From Desulfatiglandales bacterium (GTDB lineage Bacteria > Desulfobacterota > DSM-4660 > Desulfatiglandales > Desulfatiglandaceae): a DNA stretch of 64,000 nt. The notes below the pieces were generated by a model. It ran no database searches, was not told the origin of the DNA, and was given only the letters and a program-made list of their open reading frames with translations. Of the stretch, positions 20,626 through 29,370 are shown piece by piece. A program made the position numbers and the translations under genes. Every line of letters begins with the position of its first letter. The stretch's first letter is position 1. The stretch is taken from contig OY762721.1 of the NCBI GenBank assembly GCA_963666345.1, positions 448,001 to 512,000 on the forward strand, given 5' to 3'.

Positions 20626-20641
20626 AGCAATAAGCATACCA
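20626..20641 (-). promoter_or_regulatory. Sigma54 (-24/-12) promoter upstream of hbd
   Basis: Minus strand TGGTATGCTTATTGCT (GG-N10-GC). Confidence 0.65.
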
Positions 20642-20779
20642 AAAAAAAGATAAGGCATCAGATGTCTCCTCCTAATCAAAAAACACATATTCCCGGATGA
20701 AAACCAGCCGGTACCTGCAATTCATACAAGGATTTAAAAATAAATGCAAATACATGAACCCCGTATTTAAGGCATGACT

Positions 20780-20796
20780 TGTCAGAATTTTTTACA
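20780..20796. promoter_or_regulatory. Candidate enhancer-binding-protein site (TGT-N11-ACA)
   Basis: TGTCAGAATTTTTTACA, ~140 bp upstream of the hbd sigma54 promoter; 15/17 identical to 32607-32623. Confidence 0.5.
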
Positions 20797-20985
20797 TTAT
20801 GAAAAAACTACCTGAATTTAATTTCTCGACTAATAATGCTTTCCGGCCTTTATAGGTATAACAATGTCTTATCTGATTGGATACTTACCGGTTGAAATGC
20901 TATACTTGCCGTACAACCCTGCAGAACACGGGGAGCGCAAAACAAACCGATCCACACCAGAGGGCAGGGATTTGTTTACCGGGGA

Positions 20986-21330
20986 GTGAAAACCAGGATG
21001 GGCAATGAAGGGATAAAAATATATCGCCACCCGAACCCTGAGATAATCTCAGTTATTCTGCCCGAAGAAATCTCAACCTATCGGGTCGAATTCTTCAAGC
21101 TTCCTATCAGCCGGGAATCAAAGGAAAGGATGAAGGCACTAGGAAAGATAGCAGGGATAATGACTGAAGAGATAATGGCGATACCGGGCATAAAGGAATT
21201 ACATGTAAAACCGGATGAGATCCGTGTCAAAAAAAGACCGTCTTTTGAATGGGAAGATATAGAGGATAAGCTTGCAAGGATAATTAAAAGGGCCTTGCTG
21301 AAAAAGCGGATTCATCTCGTAAAGGGTTGA
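20986..21330 (+). CDS. Nfu/NifU N-terminal-like domain protein (start may be ATG 20998)
   Basis: HPNP near N-terminus; IPGIKELHVKPDEIRVKK...EWEDI resembles Nfu_N. Confidence 0.6.
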   Translation: MKTRMGNEGIKIYRHPNPEIISVILPEEISTYRVEFFKLPISRESKERMKALGKIAGIMTEEIMAIPGIKELHVKPDEIRVKKRPSFEWEDIEDKLARIIKRALLKKRIHLVKG

Positions 21331-21354
21331 GGCACCTTTATGAATAGTCGAATC

Positions 21355-22524
21355 TCAGGGATCCTTTTCTTTCATCACCCCCGCCCTTTTTATCGCATCC
21401 CTTCCAAATCTGCCGCGTATAAAATCCATCGCCTTATCGATTTCATTCCACGTTCTCTTTTCTTTTTCACCCTTGCTGAAAAGATCCATCTGTTCAGGTA
21501 AATCCCTGCACCTCAGCAGGTGCGAAACACCTATCCCGACAAGCCTTATTTTCCCAAGAGGCCTCAGCCTGTCAATCAAAAGGCATCCATTCTCATAGAT
21601 CACCTGGGAAGAATCGGTCGGATCTGAAAGTGTAACCTGTCTTGTCAACTGGGTAAAATCAGATTTTTTTACTTTCAGGATCACCGAATAGCCTCTTACT
21701 CCTTTGATCCTTAGTTTGTGTGCGGTTTCTTCCGCCTGGGCCATCAACCGCATTTTCAAAAATCCCATATCATCCGTATCCCTGTCAAAGGTATCCTCGC
21801 AACTGACGGATTTTACTTCCAAGGACGGCGAAACAGACGATGTATCGATGCCTCTTGAAAACTGGATGAGTCTTTTTCCAAAAGCACCCGTAATCCTGAC
21901 AAGATCATCAGATGGAGTTCCACGGATATCTCCGAGCAAGCAGATACCTTTTGAATGAAGCAGGGTTGCGGTTTTTCTACCCACGCCCGGCACCTTTTCC
22001 ACGGGAAGGCCTTTTATGACATCCATTACCTCATCAGGTTCAATAAGGACTAACCCGTCAGGTTTATCCCTGTCGGAAGCAATCTTGGCAAGGAATTTCA
22101 GGGGTGCTATCCCGACGGAACATGCCAGGCCTGTCCTTTCCTTTATCTCTGTCTTTATCAACCTCCCAATCCTCTCCGGTTTTCCCCACAACCTCTCGGT
22201 TCCTGTAATGTCCAGGAAGGCTTCGTCTATTGAAATCTGTTCCACAAAGGGGGTGAATTCATGGAGTACTTCCATGACAATCCGCGACACCTGTTTATAT
22301 CTCTCAATCCTTACAGGAAGGAACACGGCCTCAGGACAGAGCCTCCGTGCCTTATACACCGGCATTGCCGAATGGACTCCATATTCTCTTACTTCATAAC
22401 TTGCGGCCGAAACAACTCCTCTTCCTCCCATACCTCCCACTACAACGGGACGCCCCTTTAAGGAAGGGTTATCCGCCTGTTCCACCGAGGCATAAAAGGC
22501 ATCCATATCTATGTGTAAAATCAT
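21355..22524 (-). CDS. dinB: DNA polymerase IV
   Basis: ILHIDMDAFYASVE, ASYE.R.YGV.SAM, SIDEAFLD, KIASD..KPDG; start moved to ATG 22524. Confidence 0.95.
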   Translation of the reverse strand: MILHIDMDAFYASVEQADNPSLKGRPVVVGGMGGRGVVSAASYEVREYGVHSAMPVYKARRLCPEAVFLPVRIERYKQVSRIVMEVLHEFTPFVEQISIDEAFLDITGTERLWGKPERIGRLIKTEIKERTGLACSVGIAPLKFLAKIASDRDKPDGLVLIEPDEVMDVIKGLPVEKVPGVGRKTATLLHSKGICLLGDIRGTPSDDLVRITGAFGKRLIQFSRGIDTSSVSPSLEVKSVSCEDTFDRDTDDMGFLKMRLMAQAEETAHKLRIKGVRGYSVILKVKKSDFTQLTRQVTLSDPTDSSQVIYENGCLLIDRLRPLGKIRLVGIGVSHLLRCRDLPEQMDLFSKGEKEKRTWNEIDKAMDFIRGRFGRDAIKRAGVMKEKDP

Positions 22525-22570
22525 ATCGGCCACTTGAAGACATACCGGACAGGCTGACAAGGATTCCCGG

Positions 22571-23332
22571 CTATTCCCTTTTGGCGCAGATACCCACATG
22601 CAAGACCTGGGTCCCAAACATGAGGCGCCTGAATGAGACCCTTTCGATACCAGATAGAAGCATGAGCGAAGCCAGAGCTTCAGGCCTTAGATATCCTTTT
22701 GTGGAATCACGCAGATACGCGTAAGCTGACCTGTTTCCCGCAAGAAGCGCACCCAGCACAGGTATTATGAAGGTCAGGTAAAAATGGACAACCGGTCTTA
22801 AAAGCCCTCCTGAAAGAGGTGTAGTATCAAGACACACCAGCCGTCCGCCTGGCTTTATAACCCTCACCTGTTCCTCCAGTGCCCTGTGACGGTCGGAGAC
22901 GTTTCTAAGTAAATATGCTGAGATGACGGTGTCGAAGGTGTTATCCTGAAAGGGAAGTTCAAGGGCATCCGCCTGGCACCAGTTAATTGCATGGGCTTCA
23001 GGACGTTTTTTGCCCGTTTCGAGCATCTCAAGGGTAAAATCGGCTGCGATCGTCCTTACGCTCGGATCATGGCGGAGGGCCTCAATGGCTATATCCCCCG
23101 TACCGGCTCCTGCATCCAGTAGGAGTCCTCCTTGGGGAACCGCAGAAAGCCTGACGGCCTTTCGTCTCCATATCCGATCATGACCCAGGGTCATCACACT
23201 GTTGAGAAGATCATACCTTTGAGCAACCTTACCGAACATTTCCCTGATAGGAGAGACGCGTTTTGCCGTGAGCTCATCCTCAGGACCATTACTTCTTGTC
23301 TTTGCCAAATTTTTCCTTGAGCATATCTCCAA
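22571..23332 (-). CDS. menG: UbiE/MenG-family quinone C-methyltransferase (start probably TTG 23308 or later)
   Basis: MFGKVAQRYDLLNSVMTLG...WRR, LDAGAGTGD, ADALELPF.DNTFD, RVIKPGG, AY.YL. Confidence 0.85.
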   Translation of the reverse strand: MEICSRKNLAKTRSNGPEDELTAKRVSPIREMFGKVAQRYDLLNSVMTLGHDRIWRRKAVRLSAVPQGGLLLDAGAGTGDIAIEALRHDPSVRTIAADFTLEMLETGKKRPEAHAINWCQADALELPFQDNTFDTVISAYLLRNVSDRHRALEEQVRVIKPGGRLVCLDTTPLSGGLLRPVVHFYLTFIIPVLGALLAGNRSAYAYLRDSTKGYLRPEALASLMLLSGIERVSFRRLMFGTQVLHVGICAKRE

Positions 23333-24518
23333 GGGTTCCGAAAGAGCCTTGAGATCCGCCTTTGACCCCTTCCTTATATTTCACGTAAACTTCCTGGTCC
23401 TCTTGAACCTTTCCGACAGCCGCCGCCTCAGCGGTTGCCCAGGCAAGGCTCATCCTTTTTTTGTCTTTTTCAATGCCGCTTATCCTTACATCTATCTCCT
23501 GACCTTGAGACAGCACATCCCTGGGGTGATTTATACGTTTTCCCATACCAAGGTTAGAAATATGAATAAGCCCGTCAATGCCCGGTTCAAGGTTTACAAA
23601 GGCGCCGAACTTTTCTAGGCGTGCCACCCTGCCCTTGAGAACCGAGCCCTCATGATATTTTTCGTCCACCTTTTCCCAGGGATCATCGAGTGTATCCTTT
23701 ATGCTCAGAGTGATCCTTTCTCTTTCCCATTCGATATTTTTGATCGATACCTCAACCTCCTGATCCACGCACAGGAAATCGGATATATCCTCAACCCGGC
23801 CCCACGATATCTCTGAAATGGGAACCATCCCTTCCACCGCTCCCATATTCACGAATGCACCAAAATCCCTTATCGAAGAAACGCTTCCCCTGATTCGCTG
23901 ACCCGGCTTCAGGATTTTTTTCAATTCCTCTATCTCATGCCTTCGTTCTTCTTCCAACAGGGTCCTTCTGGAAAGGACCACCTGTTTTCCGCCTTGGGCA
24001 TACTCGGTTATCTTGAAAGAAAGCCTTTTCCCTTCGTATCCTTCAGCTTTCTGGTTTCTCTGCATGTCTATCTGCGAGTAGGGGCAAAAGGCGCGAACGC
24101 TGCCGGCGACCTTGACCTCGAAACCTCCCTTTATCTCCTTTTCGACATATCCTTCGACAGGGATGCCGGTTTCAAAAGCGGACTCCAGATGGTATCTGGC
24201 AGCTCCGCCCGAAATTCTGGTGGTAAAAAGATGTTCATTGTCCTTTCCGGAAAGAAAATAGACCTTCATGGTATCTCCCTCCGCCACGGTCACAGAGCCG
24301 TTTTCATCCATTACCTCTGAAACGGCAAAATACCCTTCACTTTTCAATCCGGTATCGATAAAAACCCAATCCTTTGTAACCTTTATGATCTTTGTTTCGA
24401 TCTGCTCACCAGGTTCGAACCTGACCTTATCCACCGGCATTTCTTCCAGAAACCGAGCGAATTCCTCTTTCTCTGAAATATCGAGCCCCCTCTCCATCTC
24501 ATTTTCATTGTTTTCCAT
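23289..24518 (-). CDS. rpsA: 30S ribosomal protein S1 homolog, four S1 domains
   Basis: IDTGLKSEG, AFCPYSQID, DFGAFV...EGMVPISEISW, FGAFV...DGLIHISNL, GTLGD tail. Confidence 0.88.
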   Translation of the reverse strand: MENNENEMERGLDISEKEEFARFLEEMPVDKVRFEPGEQIETKIIKVTKDWVFIDTGLKSEGYFAVSEVMDENGSVTVAEGDTMKVYFLSGKDNEHLFTTRISGGAARYHLESAFETGIPVEGYVEKEIKGGFEVKVAGSVRAFCPYSQIDMQRNQKAEGYEGKRLSFKITEYAQGGKQVVLSRRTLLEEERRHEIEELKKILKPGQRIRGSVSSIRDFGAFVNMGAVEGMVPISEISWGRVEDISDFLCVDQEVEVSIKNIEWERERITLSIKDTLDDPWEKVDEKYHEGSVLKGRVARLEKFGAFVNLEPGIDGLIHISNLGMGKRINHPRDVLSQGQEIDVRISGIEKDKKRMSLAWATAEAAAVGKVQEDQEVYVKYKEGVKGGSQGSFGTLGDMLKEKFGKDKK

Positions 24519-24853
24519 TTCCGCTATCTAACGCTCCTTCAAATTTTATTTGAAAATAGGCATCAGGAATATGCCTTATCCTGAACTTTATCGGTTTTCT
24601 CCGGAATACACCGCTGTCCGTCGGAGAAATACGCACCTTTCAGTCCTATTCAGCCGGGCAGCGAAGTTCTTTGTTCAGAGTGTAGCAGACTGCACGAGAT
24701 TCTACAACAACATAGGTTTTTCCCTGAACCACCTTCAATACATCATCTGTTCCGCTTCGTAACGGGTTCACGCAAGTACAGGCCTTGCATTTGGAACTTT
24801 TTGGTTTGTCGTCGCAATTATGAGTTGTTATGATGCCATCAATCTTTAGAGGC

Positions 24854-25186
24854 TCAAAAATAGGCGGTTGATTCGCAGGAAGATATAAGAGACGGGATCT
24901 CCTCGTCATCAAGGAGGTTGACTCCGTCAAACAGAAGTGTTTCCTTAAGCCCTCTTTCCAGCAGGCTTGTTCTGGGGCAGGAGATATCACCTTTTTCAGA
25001 GAGAAATTTTTTCAGCAGCTTTGAACTCTCGCTACGGCTTTCGATTAGATTGAAAACTCCTTCATCTATACAGAGCACCTTGGTTTCTGCAGCCGCCATA
25101 AGGGTCGACCATGAAAACAGGATTCCGAGAAGCGCCCTTTCATCTCCCTGTGGTTTTGATATAATTATGCATATGGAATCTATCAT
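24854..25186 (-). CDS. DsrF/TusC-like (DsrE-family) protein
   Basis: IIISKP.G, IDEGVFNL, SLLERGL; last of three small Dsr-type genes. Confidence 0.7.
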   Translation of the reverse strand: MIDSICIIISKPQGDERALLGILFSWSTLMAAAETKVLCIDEGVFNLIESRSESSKLLKKFLSEKGDISCPRTSLLERGLKETLLFDGVNLLDDEEIPSLISSCESTAYF

Positions 25187-25196
25187 ATCTGTCTGC

Positions 25197-25592
25197 TCAG
25201 TGCCCGAAGACAAGAAAGACATCGGAGCCGAGCAGGAAATCGCAGAAGGTGTGGGCAATGTTCCCGTTTCTTAAACCCTTCTGCAGAGGCAGGGCGTCGA
25301 TTCCTCTTGCATGCTCATTCAGACTCAGGGAGGCGATATTTGCTCCCATTCGGGCGAGATCCTTCAGTCGTTCCCCGACCTTGTAGGCTTCAAGGTATGA
25401 TACGAGACTCTCTGAAATGCTGTTATCCGGCCTTGACGCACTCTTGCTCCTGGAGATATAAACCCCGTTTCCACAAAGAAAAATGTTTACCTGGTAGCCC
25501 TTTTTCATGGCAGCCTCAGCCAGATTCACCATGTCCCCGGCATCGTCATTTTCCGCAAGGCCTGAGTAAAGCACCATTGTTAAAGATCTCAA
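25197..25592 (-). CDS. DsrE/TusD-like protein
   Basis: LAEAAMKKGYQVNIFLCGNGVY and ...ARGI segments typical of DsrE. Confidence 0.75.
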   Translation of the reverse strand: MRSLTMVLYSGLAENDDAGDMVNLAEAAMKKGYQVNIFLCGNGVYISRSKSASRPDNSISESLVSYLEAYKVGERLKDLARMGANIASLSLNEHARGIDALPLQKGLRNGNIAHTFCDFLLGSDVFLVFGH

Positions 25593-25601
25593 CTTAATCC
25601 C

Positions 25602-25901
25602 CTATATATTTACCACACGGTACTGTTCATCCATTATGAGATCGATCATTTCATCATAAGACACGGGACTGCATCCAGGGTCTAAAGGCACCCCTTTGGC
25701 CTTCACTGCATTGTCTGACACATATATCTTATCCAGATGGAGATCCTTGAATTTACCGACCATTCCTTTAGAAGCATGCCAGGCGGCATCTCCCAGAAGA
25801 AGCAGGGATTTTTTCTTTGCCCCCCCCAGAAGCCCCACCAGTTCAGGCACCCTGTTTGAACTTTTATTGATCACAAATAGCAGCATATTTTCATCGAGCA
25901 A
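25602..25901 (-). CDS. DsrH/TusB-like protein
   Basis: INKS, LLLLGDAA, IYV...VKAKGV, VSYDEMIDLI. Confidence 0.75.
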   Translation of the reverse strand: MLDENMLLFVINKSSNRVPELVGLLGGAKKKSLLLLGDAAWHASKGMVGKFKDLHLDKIYVSDNAVKAKGVPLDPGCSPVSYDEMIDLIMDEQYRVVNI

Positions 25902-25949
25902 AATTCATGTCCTGTTTTCTTAATACAAAAACAGCTGAGCCTTCCTTTG

Positions 25950-27929
25950 CTATTTAAAGAGCAAATCAGGCAGAAAGGTGGCTATCCCGGGGAATATCAC
26001 CAGTATGATCACACACAGTATCATGCATAAGAAAAACGGGATTACCCCTTTAAAGATGATATGCAAAGGCACATCAGGCGCCACGCTGCTGAGCGCGAAA
26101 ACATTTACACCTATTGGCGGGGTAATCTGGCCCATCTCCATAACGATCACCGTCACGACCCCGAACCAGATAGGATCAAACCCGAGTGCCATGATCGCCG
26201 GAAATATCGCCGGCAGTGTAAGCAGTATCATGGGTATGACGTTCATCAGACAACCAAGTATTATAAAGAGGCCCAGAACCGCGAAAAAGATCACATACCG
26301 GCCCACCGGCAGCCCCGTTACAACATCCGCCAGGATAAAGGGGAATCTGGTCGCAGCGAGGAAATAACCCAGTATGCCTACACCGATAAGTATTATCAGA
26401 AGTTTGGTGGTAAGATTTGCGGTTTCATTAAAGGCGGCGATAAGGGCTCGCTTGGTCATGCGCTTTCTGGAAAGCGCGTAAAGGAACGCGCCTACGGCAC
26501 CTATTCCTCCACCCTCTGTAGGGCTGAATATACCGCCCAGGATGCCGCCCAGGATCACTACGAAGAGGATGACCATCGCTATTACACCCTTTAGCGCGAT
26601 CAGTTTTTCCTTGAGCGTTGACCGCTCTCCCCTGGGGGCCAGTTCAGGCCTGTATTTCGCTATAAAAAATATGCTCAGCATAAAAAGGGTCGCCAGAAGG
26701 ACACCCGGTATTATGCCCGCGATAAAAAGCTTTCCAACTGATTCCTCTGTGATTATGGAATAGAATATAAAGCCGACGCTCGGCGGGATAAGTATGCCCA
26801 GGGTACCACCGGCCGCAAGGCTGCCTGTAGCAAGGCTGGGGCTGTATTTCTTCTTTTTCATCTCCGGAAGAGAAACCGCACCCATGGTAACCGCCGTGGA
26901 CATGCTGTCCCCGCAAACGGCGGCAAAACCTGAACAGCCGGCAACAGCCGCCATGGCAAGGCCTCCCGGCAGCCTGCCGAGCCATTTGTAGGCTGTGTCG
27001 AACAGATCCTTGCTTATCCCCGAATGAAAGGCGAGTTCTCCCATCAGGATAAAAAGGGGTACTACCGCCAGTATAAAAGACGCGGTGGTGTGATAAGGGC
27101 CGCTTCCAATCATGGCTAGAGGGGCTGCAATTCTCCTGCTGATAAGTATCATTCCGAGGAATCCCGTAACAGCCATGGCAAAGCCTATGGGCATACGCAT
27201 CAAAAGAAGGATGAAAAGCACCGCCATACCTGCAATACCGAGAGGCATGCCTGAGAATCTTCCGGGAAGCATCTTGAGGATAAAAGGGCTGGCGATGAAA
27301 AGGGCGCCGATCATAAAACCCATGGCTATCGGCAACCACTGTCCTTTATCCAGACACCTTGAGATCTCTTCAAGCAGGTCCCTTAAAAGGACCAGAGTAA
27401 ACAACAAGACGCCGAAGGCCGCAACGGCAAAGAAGATCGATATGGGAATCCCCAGGGCGAAACTTACCTCCCCGATCTTTTTTTCGGTCTGAAGCACCGT
27501 CTGCCAGCTCATGATGGCGAAAACAACCAGGCAGACGACATAGTTGAATATTTCAAGCGTACCTCTTGCCCTTTCGGGAAGTCTCTCAAATACGAGATCT
27601 ATCCTTACATGCCCCTTGTTCTTCTGTACAAATGCCATTGAAAGAAACACGATCAGGATCATCATGAATTCCTCGATCTCTATGACCCCGGGGATCGATT
27701 TCCCGGTGATAAGCCGGGATACGACGTCAAAAAATATGGGTACGGACATTACTCCTGCAGCTATGGCCCCCAGAAAAGCAAGTTTTTTTGTAACCGGGTC
27801 AAGTACGCGATCAAAAAGACCTACTACCCGCTTGATTGAAAAAACTTTCTCCTTCTCATCACGTTTTTTTACGGACCGTTCAGAAATACAGCCCTTTTCT
27901 ACGGCCGCCACTACACACTCTTCACTCAT
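25950..27929 (-). CDS. Fused TRAP transporter permease (DctQ-DctM)
   Basis: N-terminal DctQ (GHVRIDL) plus DctM (AVPLFILMG, GGTLGILIPPS, GQITPPIG). Confidence 0.92.
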   Translation of the reverse strand: MSEECVVAAVEKGCISERSVKKRDEKEKVFSIKRVVGLFDRVLDPVTKKLAFLGAIAAGVMSVPIFFDVVSRLITGKSIPGVIEIEEFMMILIVFLSMAFVQKNKGHVRIDLVFERLPERARGTLEIFNYVVCLVVFAIMSWQTVLQTEKKIGEVSFALGIPISIFFAVAAFGVLLFTLVLLRDLLEEISRCLDKGQWLPIAMGFMIGALFIASPFILKMLPGRFSGMPLGIAGMAVLFILLLMRMPIGFAMAVTGFLGMILISRRIAAPLAMIGSGPYHTTASFILAVVPLFILMGELAFHSGISKDLFDTAYKWLGRLPGGLAMAAVAGCSGFAAVCGDSMSTAVTMGAVSLPEMKKKKYSPSLATGSLAAGGTLGILIPPSVGFIFYSIITEESVGKLFIAGIIPGVLLATLFMLSIFFIAKYRPELAPRGERSTLKEKLIALKGVIAMVILFVVILGGILGGIFSPTEGGGIGAVGAFLYALSRKRMTKRALIAAFNETANLTTKLLIILIGVGILGYFLAATRFPFILADVVTGLPVGRYVIFFAVLGLFIILGCLMNVIPMILLTLPAIFPAIMALGFDPIWFGVVTVIVMEMGQITPPIGVNVFALSSVAPDVPLHIIFKGVIPFFLCMILCVIILVIFPGIATFLPDLLFK

Positions 27930-27956
27930 AATATACCTTTTCAGCAAAAATGGTTT

Positions 27957-27980
27957 TGCCCCCGCCATTGGGCGGGGGCA
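27957..27980 (-). terminator. Intercistronic hairpin after dctP
   Basis: TGCCCCCGCC-attg-GGCGGGGGCA perfect 10-bp stem. Confidence 0.6.
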
Positions 27981-28016
27981 CATAACTAATTTTAAAATCT
28001 GAAAACAGGAGATCTC

Positions 28017-29084
28017 TTACTTGTATCCCCTTCCTGTCACCTTTGCATACTTTTCGCCAAGGCTGATTGCATCCTCAAGAATCTGGCGGGCGTTTTTAAA
28101 ACCTTTCGCCTCCATATCTGACACCCATTTTTCTCTCAAAGGCATAACCTTCTTTGCCCAGAGGGCCCTCTCCGCATCAGGCAGTTCATAAAATTCATGC
28201 CCCTTTGATTTCATCCAGGCTGAATCCCCTGCAGCCCCTTCATCAAGGGTCTTTCCGCTTATTACGGCAAGTTTTTGCCCTGTTGTTTCTTTCATTATCT
28301 TTTTAAGATCATCAGGAAGAGATGCCCAGACCTCAGGATTGGCACCGGCCCAGAACGGTCCTACAAGCAGGTCTACGATCGTATGGTATTTTGCTGCATC
28401 CGTTATCTTGAACGATTTTACCGGTGCAAGAGGACAGAGCACGCCTTCAGCCATGCCTCTTTGAAGCGCCAGGTATGAATCCGGCGGCTGTACCTGAATC
28501 GGGTTGGCTCCCAGCATCTTCATGATTTCGATGAGTTTCGGGCTCCAGCAGAGGATCTTCATGCCTTTGAGGTCGTCAAGATTCTTCACGAGCTTCTTTG
28601 TGGTGTGGAGCTGATATGTGGCGCTGGTCCACTGCCAAAGGATCTCCACCCCCTTGTACTCATTTCGCCACTCAGGATACTTGGTATAAAGATCCCAGAT
28701 TACCAGTGCACCGGCTTCAGCGCTCGGAACCATCAGGGGAAGCTCCATGACCTCTGAAATGGGAAACTTACCGGGATTCAATCCGTTGTAATTGGCTCCT
28801 ATATCCAGGATTCCGTCAACAGTGGAATCAAAATTGTCCTTTGAAGGACAAAGTGTGTTGGGGTTGAAATATTCGATATTAAGTCTGCCTTTGCTAGCCT
28901 CCCTGATCCTGTCGGCCCATGGAATCCATCCGTTTTTAACGGTCGGATGTTTGTCAAAGTAGGCGCTCGTAAAACTCAGATCAAACTTCTTTTCTCCGGC
29001 CAGAGACGGAGACACCCCGGCCGTAAAGACCAAAAGCCCCGCAATAATGGTTACAACCATAGCACTCATAAATCTTTTACTCAT
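28017..29084 (-). CDS. TRAP transporter substrate-binding protein DctP
   Basis: Signal peptide, GILDIG, PGKFP..EVMELP, LDDLKGMKI, YLALQRG. Confidence 0.92.
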   Translation of the reverse strand: MSKRFMSAMVVTIIAGLLVFTAGVSPSLAGEKKFDLSFTSAYFDKHPTVKNGWIPWADRIREASKGRLNIEYFNPNTLCPSKDNFDSTVDGILDIGANYNGLNPGKFPISEVMELPLMVPSAEAGALVIWDLYTKYPEWRNEYKGVEILWQWTSATYQLHTTKKLVKNLDDLKGMKILCWSPKLIEIMKMLGANPIQVQPPDSYLALQRGMAEGVLCPLAPVKSFKITDAAKYHTIVDLLVGPFWAGANPEVWASLPDDLKKIMKETTGQKLAVISGKTLDEGAAGDSAWMKSKGHEFYELPDAERALWAKKVMPLREKWVSDMEAKGFKNARQILEDAISLGEKYAKVTGRGYK

Positions 29085-29194
29085 TATCGAACCTCCCTTT
29101 TTAATATAATAATTTTTATTATCCCCTATTCAACATAGGATGGATGGTGAATCCTTTTTCACTGCTCCCGCAAGTTTCAACCATAATATTTATA

Positions 29195-29210
29195 AGCAAG
29201 GTTCATGCCA
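29195..29210 (-). promoter_or_regulatory. Sigma54 (-24/-12) promoter of the TRAP-dsr operon
   Basis: Minus strand TGGCATGAACCTTGCT; adjacent to a sigma54 activator gene. Confidence 0.8.
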
Positions 29211-29370
29211 GAAACCACCCAGACGTGTATCCAATTGAATTTTATATTATTTTCCGGATATTCTGCAGAAGTGTGGTAACAAGAGACAACAAGGTGGGAC
29301 AAAATCGCGCATCAAGGCATAATAAAAGCAGCCTCAATTCACTGAAAATACAGCTTAAAAATCAGTTGAG

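Noticed and set aside
20620..20673. 12-aa ORF MPYLFFGMLIAV (minus) with a strong AGGAGGAG SD upstream of hbd
   Set aside because: It overlaps the sigma54 promoter and lies upstream of the predicted TSS; too short to support without ribosome profiling
24646..24990. 114-aa minus-strand ORF
   Set aside because: Overlaps the DsrF-like gene out of frame, and the rest looks like a decayed intergenic repeat
25197..25350. Selenocysteine recoding in the DsrE-like gene
   Set aside because: No in-frame TGA at the active-site position; the terminal TGA is at the expected length and the next gene starts 10 nt later
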